From the NCBI GenBank assembly GCA_030064845.1, contig JASJEC010000024.1:1102-65101 (forward strand): a stretch of 64,000 bases of DNA, in the 5' to 3' direction. Position numbers and translations under genes: made by a program. The notes under the pieces were generated by a model. That model had not been told where the DNA came from and searched no databases. It worked only from the letters and a program-made list of their open reading frames with translations. Of the stretch, positions 38,397-49,856 are shown one piece after another. Each line of letters opens with the position of its first letter. The first letter of the stretch is position 1. The stretch is from Kiloniellales bacterium. GTDB taxonomy: Bacteria > Pseudomonadota > Alphaproteobacteria > Kiloniellales > JAKSDN01.

Positions 38397-38779
38397 AACA
38401 TCGTGTTGCTGTTGGCGGACACGGCCGGGATCACCTGCAAGGCGTCCCAGTGCTCGACGATCTTGCCCTCTTCGTCGAAGCGGAAGATGTCGATGCCTGC
38501 GTACTCCTCGTTGGGCCAAATCTGGTGGCAGTGCAGGACCACGTAGTCGCCCTCCGCAATGGCGCGCTTGAAAAGCACCTTCTTGCCCGGATAGTCCCGC
38601 GCCATGCGTTCGAAGTAGTCGATAAAGGCCTGCTTGCCGTCTGCAACATGGGTGTTGTGCTGGATGTAGACGTCGCCGGTGTAGATCTCGACGGCCCGCG
38701 CGGGCTGACACTGATTGAACATCAGGTCGTAGAAGGCCTTCGCGTTCTGTTTCATGGTTTCGAGCCGGTCGGTCATCAT
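38393..38779 (-). CDS. NTF2/SnoaL-like protein (polyketide-cyclase or steroid-isomerase-like fold)
   Basis: [52 protein letters not shown]...[19 protein letters not shown]. Confidence 0.88.
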   Translation of the reverse strand: MMTDRLETMKQNAKAFYDLMFNQCQPARAVEIYTGDVYIQHNTHVADGKQAFIDYFERMARDYPGKKVLFKRAIAEGDYVVLHCHQIWPNEEYAGIDIFRFDEEGKIVEHWDALQVIPAVSANSNTMF

Positions 38780-38929
38780 TCAAGCTCCGCTTCGCACTGT
38801 TTCTCTGGAGGGCTTCCATCGGCCACCGCCGCGTGCGGGGAGAAGTCACGCGCTTTGCGCGAGATCAGGGCGCCGCATTGGCAAGGCGGGTTCCTATACA
38901 GCACGTCACGCCTCAGGAGTGCTATCCCA

Positions 38930-40111
38930 ATGATCGAAGGTCACCCCCTGGTCTCCAAGAACGTTTCCGGGATGACTGTCTCCGCGATCAAGGAGATGGC
39001 CATGCGGGCGGCCAGGGTGGAGGACGTAGCCTCGCTGACCTGGGGTCTGCCGTCGTTCCAGACGCCCGAGGCGATCCGCCGCGCCATTCAACGGCTCCTG
39101 GACAGCGATCCGGACCTCGGAAAATACACGCTGCCCGACGGTCTGCCGGCGCTGCGCCAGGCTGCCGCCGAGACGCACCGGCGCGCCACCGGCGCCACGC
39201 CCGATCCGGACCGTCAGGTGATGGTGACGGCGGGCAACATGCAGGGCCTCAACGCCCTGTTCCACGTGCTGATCGACCCGGGCGACGAGATCATCGTAAC
39301 CGACCCCGGCTTCGCCTCCCATTTCCAGCAGATCCGCCTTTGCGGCGGCGCGCCGGTCTTCTGGCCCCTCGACGAGGCGCGGGGCTGGCAGCTCGACCTC
39401 GATCTCCTGCCTGGGCTGATCGGCGAGCGGACCAAGGCGATCGTCCTGGTCACGCCGTCGAACCCGACCGGTACGATCTTCTGCGAGCCGGAGCTTCGGC
39501 GGGTCGGCGAGATCGCGCGCGAGCGCGGCGTGCTCGTCCTGCTCGACGATCCCTATCACCACTTCTGCTACGAGAACGCGGGGCACTACTTCAACCTCGC
39601 GGCGGTCCCCGAGTTCGGCGACCACGTCGCCTACCTTTTCACCTTCTCCAAGGCCCACGCCATGACCGGCTGGCGGATCGGCTACATGGTGCTGCCCGAG
39701 GCGTTGAAAAAGCAGGTGCTCAAGGTGCACGACGCGACCATCATCTGTGCGCCGCGGGTCTCCCAGCTGGCCGCCCTCGCCGCCCTTACCGAGGAGCAGG
39801 CGCATGTCGCCGAGTTCGGGAAGATCCTAGGGCGCCGGCGGTCGCTGATCTGCGAACGGCTGGACCGGATACCCCACGTTTTCGACTACGTGAAGCCCGA
39901 GGGGACCTACTACGTCTTCCCGCGGATCCTCGCGGATCACGAGAATTCGATGGAATTCTGCCTGCGCATGCTGGAACAGACTAGGGTCACCCTGACGCCG
40001 GGCGCCGCCTTCGGGCCGACGGGTGAGAGCCACGTCCGCATGGCCTTCTGCGTCGACGACGAAACGATCGACCGGGCTTTCGACCGGCTGGAGCGGCACT
40101 TCGGCGCCTAG
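38930..40111 (+). CDS. PLP-dependent aminotransferase, class I/II
   Basis: VTPSNPTGTIF, LLDDPYHHFCYENA, FTFSKAHAMTGWRIGYMV (PLP Lys), RMAFCVDD. Confidence 0.92.
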   Translation: MIEGHPLVSKNVSGMTVSAIKEMAMRAARVEDVASLTWGLPSFQTPEAIRRAIQRLLDSDPDLGKYTLPDGLPALRQAAAETHRRATGATPDPDRQVMVTAGNMQGLNALFHVLIDPGDEIIVTDPGFASHFQQIRLCGGAPVFWPLDEARGWQLDLDLLPGLIGERTKAIVLVTPSNPTGTIFCEPELRRVGEIARERGVLVLLDDPYHHFCYENAGHYFNLAAVPEFGDHVAYLFTFSKAHAMTGWRIGYMVLPEALKKQVLKVHDATIICAPRVSQLAALAALTEEQAHVAEFGKILGRRRSLICERLDRIPHVFDYVKPEGTYYVFPRILADHENSMEFCLRMLEQTRVTLTPGAAFGPTGESHVRMAFCVDDETIDRAFDRLERHFGA

Positions 40112-40171
40112 AGCAGATCCGGGGTAGATGGAATCGCCACGGGCGATCCATCAACCCGGTGAATCTGCTCT
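40110..40171. repeat. Palindromic intergenic repeat between convergent genes (possible bidirectional terminator/REP)
   Basis: AGAGCAGATCCGGGGTAGATGGAATCGCC...GGCGATCCATCAACCCGGTGAATCTGCTCT, imperfect long inverted repeat overlapping the upstream TAG stop. Confidence 0.7.
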
Positions 40172-40214
40172 AAAACTAGGATGTAGAGCGCGCAGGCCTC
40201 CCGAGTGCCGTGCC

Positions 40215-40643
40215 TCAGTCCTCCAGGTTGCGCGCGACCAGGACCGAGCAGTGCGCGTGGCGGACGACGCGGGCGGCGACCGAGCCAAGGAGGTAGTCGA
40301 CCAGCCCAGGATCGTGGGAGGCGACGACGATCATGTCGGCCTTGATCTCACCGGCGCACTCGAGGATCTCGCTCGAAGGCAGGCCCGCCCGCACCACCAC
40401 CTCCGCGGTCGAGAGGCCGTGCCGGTCGGCCAGCTCGCCGAGCGCCGCCTCGGCGTCCTCGAGCGCCTTCTCGTGAAACTCCGAGGGCAACTGCGAGACG
40501 AGGTAGCCCGGCACCTTCTCGACCACGTTCAGCAGCACGAGTTTCGCGCCCTGAGCCTTGGCGATGCTCGCGGCAAGGCCGAGCGCGGCGGCCCCCGCCT
40601 GCTTCTCGCCGGTGTCGATCGGAACGAGAATGGTCTTGATCAT
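40215..40643 (-). CDS. Universal stress protein (UspA family)
   Basis: MIKTILVPIDTGEKQAGAAALGLAA, VASHDPGLVDYLLGSVAARVVRHAHCSVLVAR. Confidence 0.92.
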   Translation of the reverse strand: MIKTILVPIDTGEKQAGAAALGLAASIAKAQGAKLVLLNVVEKVPGYLVSQLPSEFHEKALEDAEAALGELADRHGLSTAEVVVRAGLPSSEILECAGEIKADMIVVASHDPGLVDYLLGSVAARVVRHAHCSVLVARNLED

Positions 40644-40665
40644 GGCTTGCTCCAACTAAGTGAAC

Positions 40666-41724
40666 TCAAAGCGCCGCGATCACCGCCTGCCCCAGCTCTT
40701 CGGTATTCGCCTCGCCGCCCAGGTCCGGGGTGCACGGCGCGCCGGCGGCCAAGACCTTCTCGATCGCGCCGACGATCTCGGCCGCGGCCTCGGGGTGGCC
40801 CAGGTGGTCCAACATCATGGCGCCGGACCAGATCTGGCCGATCGGGTTGGCGATCCCCTTGCCAGCGATGTCGGGCGCGGAGCCGTGGACCGGCTCGAAC
40901 ATCGAGGGATGCGCGCGCTCCGGGTTGAGGTTGGCCGAGGGCGCGATGCCGATGGTGCCGGTCACCGCCGGTCCCAGGTCCGAGAGGATGTCGCCGAAGA
41001 GGTTGCTGCCGACCACCACGTCGAACCAGTCCGGATGCAGCACGAAGTGGGCGGAGAGGATGTCGATGTGGAACTGGTCGGTCTTCACGCCCGGGTAGCT
41101 CTCGGCCATGGCGGCGAAGCGCTCATCCCAGTAGGGCATGGAGTGGATGATGCCGTTGGACTTGGTCGCCGAGGTCACGTGCCGGGCCGGCCGCCCCTGG
41201 GCCAGCTCGAAGGCGTAGCGCAGGATCCGGTCGACGCCCTTGCGGGTGAAGATGTTCTGCTGAACCGCCAGCTCTTCCTCGGTCCCGGCGTAGAGCCGGC
41301 CGCCGATCTCGGAGTACTCCCCCTCGTTGTTCTCGCGCACGATCATGAAGTCGATGTCGCCGGGCTTGCGGCCGGCGAGCGGGCAACGCACGCCCTCGAA
41401 GAGGCGCACGGGCCGCAGGTTGACGTACTGCCGGAAGCTGCGGCGGATCGGGATCAAGAGGCCCCAGAGCGAGACGTGGTCCGGCACGCCGGGGAAGCCG
41501 ACCGCGCCCAGGAAGATCGCGTCGTCATTCTCGATCTGCTTGAGGCCGTCCTCGGGCATCATCCGGCCGGTCGCCTGGTAGGTCTCGCAGCTCCAGTCGA
41601 AGTGCCGCCAGTCGAAGGCGATGCCGTGCTTCGCCCCGACGGCCTCCAAGACCGCGATGCCCTGAGGCACGACCTCCTTGCCGATCCCGTCGCCGGGGAT
41701 GGCCGAGATGCTGTACTTGGTCAT
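40666..41724 (-). CDS. Tartrate dehydrogenase / isocitrate-isopropylmalate dehydrogenase family
   Basis: YSISAIPGDGIGKEVVPQG, LWGLLIPIRRSFRQYVNLRPVRL, NLFGDILSDLGPAVTGTIGIAPSANLNPE. Confidence 0.92.
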   Translation of the reverse strand: MTKYSISAIPGDGIGKEVVPQGIAVLEAVGAKHGIAFDWRHFDWSCETYQATGRMMPEDGLKQIENDDAIFLGAVGFPGVPDHVSLWGLLIPIRRSFRQYVNLRPVRLFEGVRCPLAGRKPGDIDFMIVRENNEGEYSEIGGRLYAGTEEELAVQQNIFTRKGVDRILRYAFELAQGRPARHVTSATKSNGIIHSMPYWDERFAAMAESYPGVKTDQFHIDILSAHFVLHPDWFDVVVGSNLFGDILSDLGPAVTGTIGIAPSANLNPERAHPSMFEPVHGSAPDIAGKGIANPIGQIWSGAMMLDHLGHPEAAAEIVGAIEKVLAAGAPCTPDLGGEANTEELGQAVIAAL

Positions 41725-42566
41725 GGCGCCGCCACGATGCGCTGCTGTTGCTCGCCCAGGCCGTCGATGCCGAGGCGCACGGTCTCGCCGACCTTAAGGA
41801 AGCGCGGCGGCTTCTGGCCCAGGCCGACGCCGGGCGGCGTGCCGGTGGTGATGATGTCGCCGCTCTGCAGGCTCATGAAGCGGCTGACGTAGCTGACCAG
41901 GTGGTAGACGTTGAAGATCATGGTCTCGGTGTTGCCGTTCTGCTGGCGCTCGCCGTTGACCTCGAGCCAGATACCCAGATTGTGAGGGTCGCCCGCCTCG
42001 TCCGGGGTGACCAGCCAGGGGCCGACCGGCCCAAAGCTGTCGGCGCTCTTGCCCTTGACCCACTGTCCCGTGCTCTCGAGCTGGAAATTGCGCTCCGAGA
42101 CGTCGTTGACCACGCAGAAGCCGGCGATGTGCCCGGCGGCCTCAGACTCCTCGATGTAGACGCCCGGCTTGCCGATCACCATGGCGAGCTCGACCTCCCA
42201 GTCCAGCTTGGTCGAGTGCCGCGGCATGACCGTGTCGTCGTTGGGCCCGCAGATGCACGACGGCGCCTTCATGAAGATCACCGGCTCCTCGGGGACGGGC
42301 TGACCGGATTCCTCGGCGTGGTCGGCGTAGTTGAGGCCGATGGCCGGGAACTTGCCGACGGCGCCGACGCAGGGCCCGATCCGCGGATTGCCCTCGACCT
42401 TGGGCAGAGAGGCGGGATCGATCGCCTTAAGCCGCTCGAGCGAGGCAGGAAGCAGGGCTTCGCCCGCGACGTCGGCGACCTCGCCCGAGAGGTCGCGGAT
42501 GGCGCCCTGGGCGTCCAACAGGCCCGGTTTCTCCTGGCCCGCCGGACCATAACGAAGCAACTTCAT
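41721..42566 (-). CDS. Fumarylacetoacetate hydrolase-family protein (2,4-diketo-3-deoxy-L-rhamnonate hydrolase-like)
   Basis: MKLLRYGPAGQEKPGLLDAQGAIRDLSG, DWEVELAMVIGKP, VNDVSERNFQLE, GTPPGVGLG. Confidence 0.88.
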   Translation of the reverse strand: MKLLRYGPAGQEKPGLLDAQGAIRDLSGEVADVAGEALLPASLERLKAIDPASLPKVEGNPRIGPCVGAVGKFPAIGLNYADHAEESGQPVPEEPVIFMKAPSCICGPNDDTVMPRHSTKLDWEVELAMVIGKPGVYIEESEAAGHIAGFCVVNDVSERNFQLESTGQWVKGKSADSFGPVGPWLVTPDEAGDPHNLGIWLEVNGERQQNGNTETMIFNVYHLVSYVSRFMSLQSGDIITTGTPPGVGLGQKPPRFLKVGETVRLGIDGLGEQQQRIVAAP

Positions 42567-42591
42567 GGAGTTTTTCCCCCTTGTTAAGGTG

Positions 42592-43527
42592 TTACTTAAC
42601 CGGCGTCGGCGCCGGCTTGCCGTTGAAATGCGCGCGCAGGTTCTCGACCACGAGGTCGCCCATGGCGTGGCGGGTCTCGACCGTGGCGCTGCCCAGGTGC
42701 GGCTGCAGCACGACGTTCTCCATGGCGAAGAGCGCCTCGGGCACGCGCGGTTCCGCTTCGAAGACGTCGAGCCCGGCGCCGCCGAGTGTCCCCGCCTCCA
42801 GCGCGCTCACCAGCGCCGGCTCGTCGACCACCGAGCCCCGGGCGATGTTGATCAGCACGCCCTCGGGACCCAGGGCCGCCAGCACCTCGGCGTTGACGAG
42901 ATGGCGGGTGCCTTGGCCGCCGGGACAGGAGACCACCAGCAGGCGGCAGTCCCGGGCCATGGCGGCGAGGTCCTCGTAGTAGGGATAGCTCAGGTCTTCC
43001 CTGCGCCGGCGCCCGTGGTAGCAGATCGTGCAGCCCAGGGCTTCGGCCCGCCTTGCGATGGCGAGCCCGATGCGCCCGAGCCCGAGGATCCCGACCCGCC
43101 AGCCGACCAGGCTCCGGGAAAGCGGCATGGGCCCCTTGAGCCAGTCTCCCCGCCGGACGAAGCGGTCGGCCGCGCTGATGCCGCGGGTGACGTCGAGCAT
43201 CAGGCCGACCGCGAGGTTGGCGACGTCGTCGGTCAGCACGTCGGGTGTGTTGGTCACGGTCACGCCCCGCTTGGCGGCGTGCGTCAGATCGATGGCGTCG
43301 ACGCCGACCCCGTAGCAGGCGACGATCTCGAGCTTGGGCAGCGCGTCCATGAGGGCGGCGTCGGCGCCCAGGTCCCCGGTCGTCGCGATGCCGCGCGCCG
43401 CCGCCGCCTTTCCCAGGAGTGCGCCGGCATCGGGCGCTTCCCACAGGCGGTGGATCTGAAAATCCTGATCCAACGCGGCCACGACATGGGGCATCATCGG
43501 CCCGACCATGACGATCTCGGGCTTCAT
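42592..43527 (-). CDS. 2-hydroxyacid dehydrogenase (D-isomer specific)
   Basis: RVGILGLGRIGLAIARRAEALGC, NIARGSVVDEPALVSALEAGTLGGAGLDVFEAEP, QPHLGSATVETR. Confidence 0.92.
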   Translation of the reverse strand: MKPEIVMVGPMMPHVVAALDQDFQIHRLWEAPDAGALLGKAAAARGIATTGDLGADAALMDALPKLEIVACYGVGVDAIDLTHAAKRGVTVTNTPDVLTDDVANLAVGLMLDVTRGISAADRFVRRGDWLKGPMPLSRSLVGWRVGILGLGRIGLAIARRAEALGCTICYHGRRRREDLSYPYYEDLAAMARDCRLLVVSCPGGQGTRHLVNAEVLAALGPEGVLINIARGSVVDEPALVSALEAGTLGGAGLDVFEAEPRVPEALFAMENVVLQPHLGSATVETRHAMGDLVVENLRAHFNGKPAPTPVK

Positions 43528-43654
43528 GCTCCTCCCCCGGTGTGGCTGTTCTGGCTTATGGATCCCGATCGCTCTCTCCATGGATAGCATTGCAACTTTG
43601 CGGAACCAAGCCGCAGCGGCATAGTGAGGGCACGAGCGATCAGGGGGCGGGGCC

Positions 43655-44854
43655 ATGGGCGCGGAACTGGATGCCAAGACGTGTCTGCCGGAAGACGGTG
43701 CGGCGGGCACCTTGCTCGGTCGCGTCTGGCGGCCGGGCGATCCGGGCGGACCCAGCGTCGTCGTCCTTGAGGGCCAATCGCTTGTCGACGTCACGGGGGC
43801 TTTCCCCACCGTTACCCACCTGATCAACGCCGAGGATCCGGCGGCCGCCGCCCGCGGCGCGGCGAGCGGGGGCGAGGTGCTGGTGGACGGGATCGATGAA
43901 ATCGTCGCGAACAGCCACTTCGCCCGGCACGACCGGGCCCGACCTTCGCTCCTGGCGCCGACCGACCTCCAGGCTCTCAAGGCCTGCGGCGTCACCTTCG
44001 TGCGCTCGCTCCTGGAGCGGGTCATCGAGGAGCAGATCAAGGGCGACCCGGCCGGTGCCGAGGCGGCCCGTGCGCGAATCGTTGCCGAGATCGGCACGGA
44101 CCTGTCCGAGGTTAAACCAGGCTCGGAAGCGGCCGATCGCCTCAAGGCGGCGCTGATCGAGCGCGGCCTCTGGTCTCAGTACCTCGAGGTCGGCATCGGG
44201 CCCGACGCCGAGATCTTCACCAAGGCCCAGCCGCTCTCCGCCGTAGGCACCGGCGCCCGGATCGGCCTGCATCCCCGCTCGTCCTGGAACAACCCGGAGC
44301 CGGAGCTGGTCACGGTGATCAACGCCCGCGGCGAGACCGTGGGCGCGACCCTGGGCAACGACGTCAACCTGCGCGACTTCGAGGGGCGCAGCGCCCTCCT
44401 GCTCGGGCGCTCGAAGGACAACAACGGCTCCTGCGCCCTCGGCCCCTTCATCCGGCTGTTCGACGAGACCTTCACCCTGGACGACGCCCGGCGCGCCGAG
44501 GTCCACCTGCGGGTCGCGGGCGCCGACGGCTTCGCCCTCGAGGGCGTCAACTCGATCGCCGAGATCAGCCGCGACCTGCTCGATCTGGCCAGACAGGCGA
44601 TCGGCCCGGAGCACCAGTATCCCGACGGCCTGGCGCTCTTCACCGGCACCATGTTCGTGCCGGTGCAGGACCGCGACGCGCCCGGCGAGGGCTTCACCCA
44701 CAAGCAGGGCGACGTCGTCACCATCTCCAGTCCCAAGCTCGGCGCCCTGGTCAACACCGTCGGGCTGAGCGGCGAGATCCCGCCGTGGGAGATGGGCATC
44801 GCCGCCTTCATGGCTAACCTGGCCGCGCGCGGCCTCCTGGGAGCTCCATCATGA
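43655..44854 (+). CDS. Fumarylacetoacetate hydrolase-family protein, long form (sugar-acid pathway type)
   Basis: VTFVRSLLERVIEEQIKGDP, GLWSQYLEVGIGPDAEIFTKAQPLSAVGTGARIG, TLGNDVNLRDFEGRSALLLGRSKDNN. Confidence 0.88.
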   Translation: MGAELDAKTCLPEDGAAGTLLGRVWRPGDPGGPSVVVLEGQSLVDVTGAFPTVTHLINAEDPAAAARGAASGGEVLVDGIDEIVANSHFARHDRARPSLLAPTDLQALKACGVTFVRSLLERVIEEQIKGDPAGAEAARARIVAEIGTDLSEVKPGSEAADRLKAALIERGLWSQYLEVGIGPDAEIFTKAQPLSAVGTGARIGLHPRSSWNNPEPELVTVINARGETVGATLGNDVNLRDFEGRSALLLGRSKDNNGSCALGPFIRLFDETFTLDDARRAEVHLRVAGADGFALEGVNSIAEISRDLLDLARQAIGPEHQYPDGLALFTGTMFVPVQDRDAPGEGFTHKQGDVVTISSPKLGALVNTVGLSGEIPPWEMGIAAFMANLAARGLLGAPS

Positions 44855-45834
44855 AAGTGGTCATCACCGGCGGCTGCGGATTCATCGGCCTGCGCCTGGC
44901 CCAGAAACTGCTGGAAAGAGGCGAACTCACCACACCCTCGGGAAGAAGCGCGGCGATCGATTCTCTCCTGCTGTTCGACATGCAGGCCCCCGAGGCCCTG
45001 CCTGCGGGGCTCGACGATTCAAGGGTCGCCGTTGCCCTGGGCGAAATCTCGAACCGGGACGAGGTCAAGGCCCTGGTCGACCGCGACGAGGTCTCGGTCT
45101 TCCACCTCGCCTCCGTCGTCTCGGGCGGCGGCGAGAAGGACTTCGATCTGGCGCTCCGGGTCAACCTCGACGGCGGCCTCAACGTCATGGAGGCCTGCCG
45201 GGCGCGCGCCGGCCTGCCGCGCCTGGTCTTCGCCTCCTCGATCGCCGTCTTCGGCGGCTCGGCCATGCCAAAGGCCGTTGGCGACACGGTCAAGCAGACG
45301 CCGCAGACGACCTACGGCGCGACCAAGGCGATCTGCGAGCTGCTGGTCAACGACTATACCCGCAAGGGCTTCTTAGACGGCCGCTCGGCACGCCTGCCGA
45401 CCGTGATCGTCCGGCCCGGCAAGCCCAACGCCGCCGCCTCCAGCTTCGTCAGCGGCCTGTTCCGCGAGCCCTTGAACGGCGTCGACTGCGCCCTGCCGGT
45501 CAAGCCGGAAACCGTCATGCCGGTGCTCGGCTACCGCTCAATCGTCGAGGGCCTGATCGCGCTGCACGAGGCGGACGGCGCCGCGCTCGGCGACGACCGG
45601 GCGGTCGAGCTGCCGAGCCATACTGTGACCGTGGCCGAGATGATCGAGGCGCTCCAGCGGGTCGCCGGCGACCGGCCGCTGGGCAAGATCACCGTCGAGC
45701 CCGACCCCTTCATAGAGGCGATCGTCGCAACCTGGCCGCTCGACGCCAGCTACGAACGCGCCACCGCGCTCGGTTTGCCGAAAGAAGACAGCCTGGACGA
45801 GATCGTCCAGGCCTACATCGAGGATTACCTGTGA
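44851..45834 (+). CDS. denD: NAD-dependent epimerase/dehydratase, D-erythronate dehydrogenase-like
   Basis: MKVVITGGCGFIGLRLAQKLLERG, VFASSIAVFGG, TTYGATKAICELLVNDYTRKGFLDGRSARLPTVIVRPGKPN. Confidence 0.85.
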   Translation: MKVVITGGCGFIGLRLAQKLLERGELTTPSGRSAAIDSLLLFDMQAPEALPAGLDDSRVAVALGEISNRDEVKALVDRDEVSVFHLASVVSGGGEKDFDLALRVNLDGGLNVMEACRARAGLPRLVFASSIAVFGGSAMPKAVGDTVKQTPQTTYGATKAICELLVNDYTRKGFLDGRSARLPTVIVRPGKPNAAASSFVSGLFREPLNGVDCALPVKPETVMPVLGYRSIVEGLIALHEADGAALGDDRAVELPSHTVTVAEMIEALQRVAGDRPLGKITVEPDPFIEAIVATWPLDASYERATALGLPKEDSLDEIVQAYIEDYL

Positions 45835-46478
45835 AAGGCAAAGGCAGAAGCATGGATCTCCGCCCTTTCGCCTCGGCGTGTCGCGCCGCGTTTCGGGGCG
45901 GACGCCGGCTCGCCGCGGTGGGCCTCATCCTCGCGGCCACGGCCTGCACGCACTACTACACCCCGAGCGAGACCGCAGTCTGGTCGAAAGATAGCCGACT
46001 GCCGGCGACAACCCAGCCGGTGAAGGTCACCATCAGTAACGTTCAGGTCGTCGGTCACGAAGTCCTGATCGATGCCTGGGGGGAACAGAGATGGCTGATG
46101 GACCTGCATGACTGGACCGACTCCGCCGTAGCCCTCCTGCGCCTAGGCCTGGAAGCCAAGAACTACCGCGTCGGGGACCCCGCCGAGAAGTCCCTGAAGG
46201 TGAGCGTGGAGGCCGCCTACATGGGCGGGGGCACGTTCAACCCCTTCGTCGAAGTCGTGGTGGCGGTCTCCACCGGCGACGCGAAGCTCGCCGTCTTCAA
46301 GGGCCGGAGACCGCAGACCTTTCTCGTGGACGAGGTCTTCAACGAAGCGCTCGAAGTCGCCATAGGCAAGGTCTTGGACAGCGACCTCGTGATCGACTAC
46401 CTGACCCGTCCGAGCGGGCAGGAAGTGAAACGCATCCGAAGCTCAAACCCCAACGAAGGCGGCAAGCCCGCCGCGTAG
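45831..46478 (+). CDS. Hypothetical lipoprotein
   Basis: Signal plus lipobox-like LAAVGLILAATACTHYY; remainder uncharacterised. ATGA overlap with the previous CDS. Confidence 0.6.
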   Translation: MKGKGRSMDLRPFASACRAAFRGGRRLAAVGLILAATACTHYYTPSETAVWSKDSRLPATTQPVKVTISNVQVVGHEVLIDAWGEQRWLMDLHDWTDSAVALLRLGLEAKNYRVGDPAEKSLKVSVEAAYMGGGTFNPFVEVVVAVSTGDAKLAVFKGRRPQTFLVDEVFNEALEVAIGKVLDSDLVIDYLTRPSGQEVKRIRSSNPNEGGKPAA

Positions 46479-46592
46479 CGCCCGACCGTCTCTGCGACAA
46501 GATCCACGAGAATCTCGCCTGTGCGGATTTTCTGTCTTGACGCCCGCGCTCGCTCTAAGATCGGCGATAAAACAGGGAGGAAAGCCAAGACG

Positions 46593-48326
<1,734 letters not shown>

Positions 48327-48397
48327 CGCTAGCCGCGCTATGATCCGGTCGGCTTCTGAGCGGTAAGTCGTAACTCCGGCGGGCGGCAGGACAACTC

Positions 48398-49036
48398 ATG
48401 CGCGACAGATTCGATCGCCTTTTCTGGCCGCTCTTCGGGTTCCTGCTCTATACCGGCGGGCTCTTCTTCGTGTTCGCCGCCCACAGGGCTATCTCTCAGC
48501 CGCTTCGCGGGTTCTTTCTTCTGCTCCTCTTGATCTTTCTGGCCGGCCTGCTGGCCGCCTCCTTCGCTCATGGCCTCGCCGTCATCCAGTCGAGATGGCC
48601 CCGCTTCGATCTCTCCCCGAACAAGAGCTTCCTGGCCTGCTGCATCGTCCTGACTTTTTTCTCATACTTCCTCCATCTCTTTCCCAAGACCACCGACCTC
48701 GTGTTATCGGAAGACGAACTAGGGATCACGAGCGAGAAAGGTGGAATCACCACTCTCCCCCCGACAACACGCCCCGACGGCCATGTTTCCCTGGAACGTT
48801 TGATGTTGTGGCCGAAGAACTTTGCCCGTTGGGAGAAAAAGCGCGAGGCCCGTAACCGCTATCTGGATTGGAGTTTCTACGTCGCCGCCGTCTCGTGGCT
48901 CGGCCTGCTCTTGATGACCTTTGCCGCGCCGGCGACACGGGCCCGTCCCGATGCGCGCACGGTTGCCTTGCATCCCATCGTCCTGGTCGGGCTGGGAGCG
49001 GTATTTGTGGCATCGCTCGTCCAGGCGATCAGCTAG
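48398..49036 (+). CDS. Hypothetical integral membrane protein
   Basis: 212 aa with about four hydrophobic spans (WPLFGFLLYTGGLFFVFA, GFFLLLLLIFLAGLLAASF, LACCIVLTFFSYFLHL, AAVSWLGLLLMTFAA). Confidence 0.6.
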   Translation: MRDRFDRLFWPLFGFLLYTGGLFFVFAAHRAISQPLRGFFLLLLLIFLAGLLAASFAHGLAVIQSRWPRFDLSPNKSFLACCIVLTFFSYFLHLFPKTTDLVLSEDELGITSEKGGITTLPPTTRPDGHVSLERLMLWPKNFARWEKKREARNRYLDWSFYVAAVSWLGLLLMTFAAPATRARPDARTVALHPIVLVGLGAVFVASLVQAIS

Positions 49037-49071
49037 AAGCAACAGGGGAGGTTTGCGACTTGGGTGTCAGG

Positions 49072-49800
49072 ATGAAGGGAAAAAAAGCCCTGGTAACCGC
49101 CGCAGCCCAGGGCATCGGCAGGGCGACGGCCCTGGCCCTCGCGGACGAAGGCGCCGGGGTCCTGGCGACCGACGTCGACGCGGCCGCGCTGGAGAGACTA
49201 GCCGGCACCACGGGAATCGAGACGAAACGCCTCGACGTCACAGACCAGGCCGCCGTCGCCAAGCTCGCCGAGGAGGTCGGCGCGGTCGACGCCCTGCTCA
49301 ACATCGCCGGCTTCGTCCATCACGGCTCGATCCTCGACTGCGCGGAAGAAGACTGGGACTTCTCCTTCGACCTCAACGTCAAGTCCATGTACCGCACGAT
49401 CCGCGCCTTCCTGCCGGCCATGCTCGAGGCCGGCGGCGGTTCGATCGTCAACATGGCCTCGGTCGCCTCCTCCATCCGCGGCCTGCCCAACCGCTTCGTC
49501 TATGGCGCAAGCAAGGCCGCCGTGATCGGCCTGACCAAGTCGGTCGCAGCCGATTTCATCCGGCAAGGTATCCGCTGCAACGCGATCTGTCCGGGCACGG
49601 TGGAATCGCCCTCACTGGAGGGCCGGATCGCCGCCTTCGACGATCCCGTGGCGGCGCGCAAGGCCTTCATCGAACGACAGCCCATCGGGCGCCTCGGCAA
49701 GCCCGAAGAGATCGCCAGCCTGGCCGTCCACCTCGCGGGCGAGGAATCGAGCTACACCACAGGCGCGGTCTTTACCGCGGACGGCGGCGTCACGCTCTGA
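49072..49800 (+). CDS. SDR family oxidoreductase (2-keto-3-deoxy-sugar-acid dehydrogenase / BDH2-like)
   Basis: MKGKKALVTAAAQGIGRATALALADEGAGVLATDVD, NRFVYGASKAAVIGLTKSVAADFI, RCNAICPGTVESPSLEGRI. Confidence 0.88.
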   Translation: MKGKKALVTAAAQGIGRATALALADEGAGVLATDVDAAALERLAGTTGIETKRLDVTDQAAVAKLAEEVGAVDALLNIAGFVHHGSILDCAEEDWDFSFDLNVKSMYRTIRAFLPAMLEAGGGSIVNMASVASSIRGLPNRFVYGASKAAVIGLTKSVAADFIRQGIRCNAICPGTVESPSLEGRIAAFDDPVAARKAFIERQPIGRLGKPEEIASLAVHLAGEESSYTTGAVFTADGGVTL

Positions 49801-49856
49801 ACAGGATCGCCTTCGACGCGAGTTCGCGCGCGCAGCGCGAGAGAGAGGAGGAAGCT

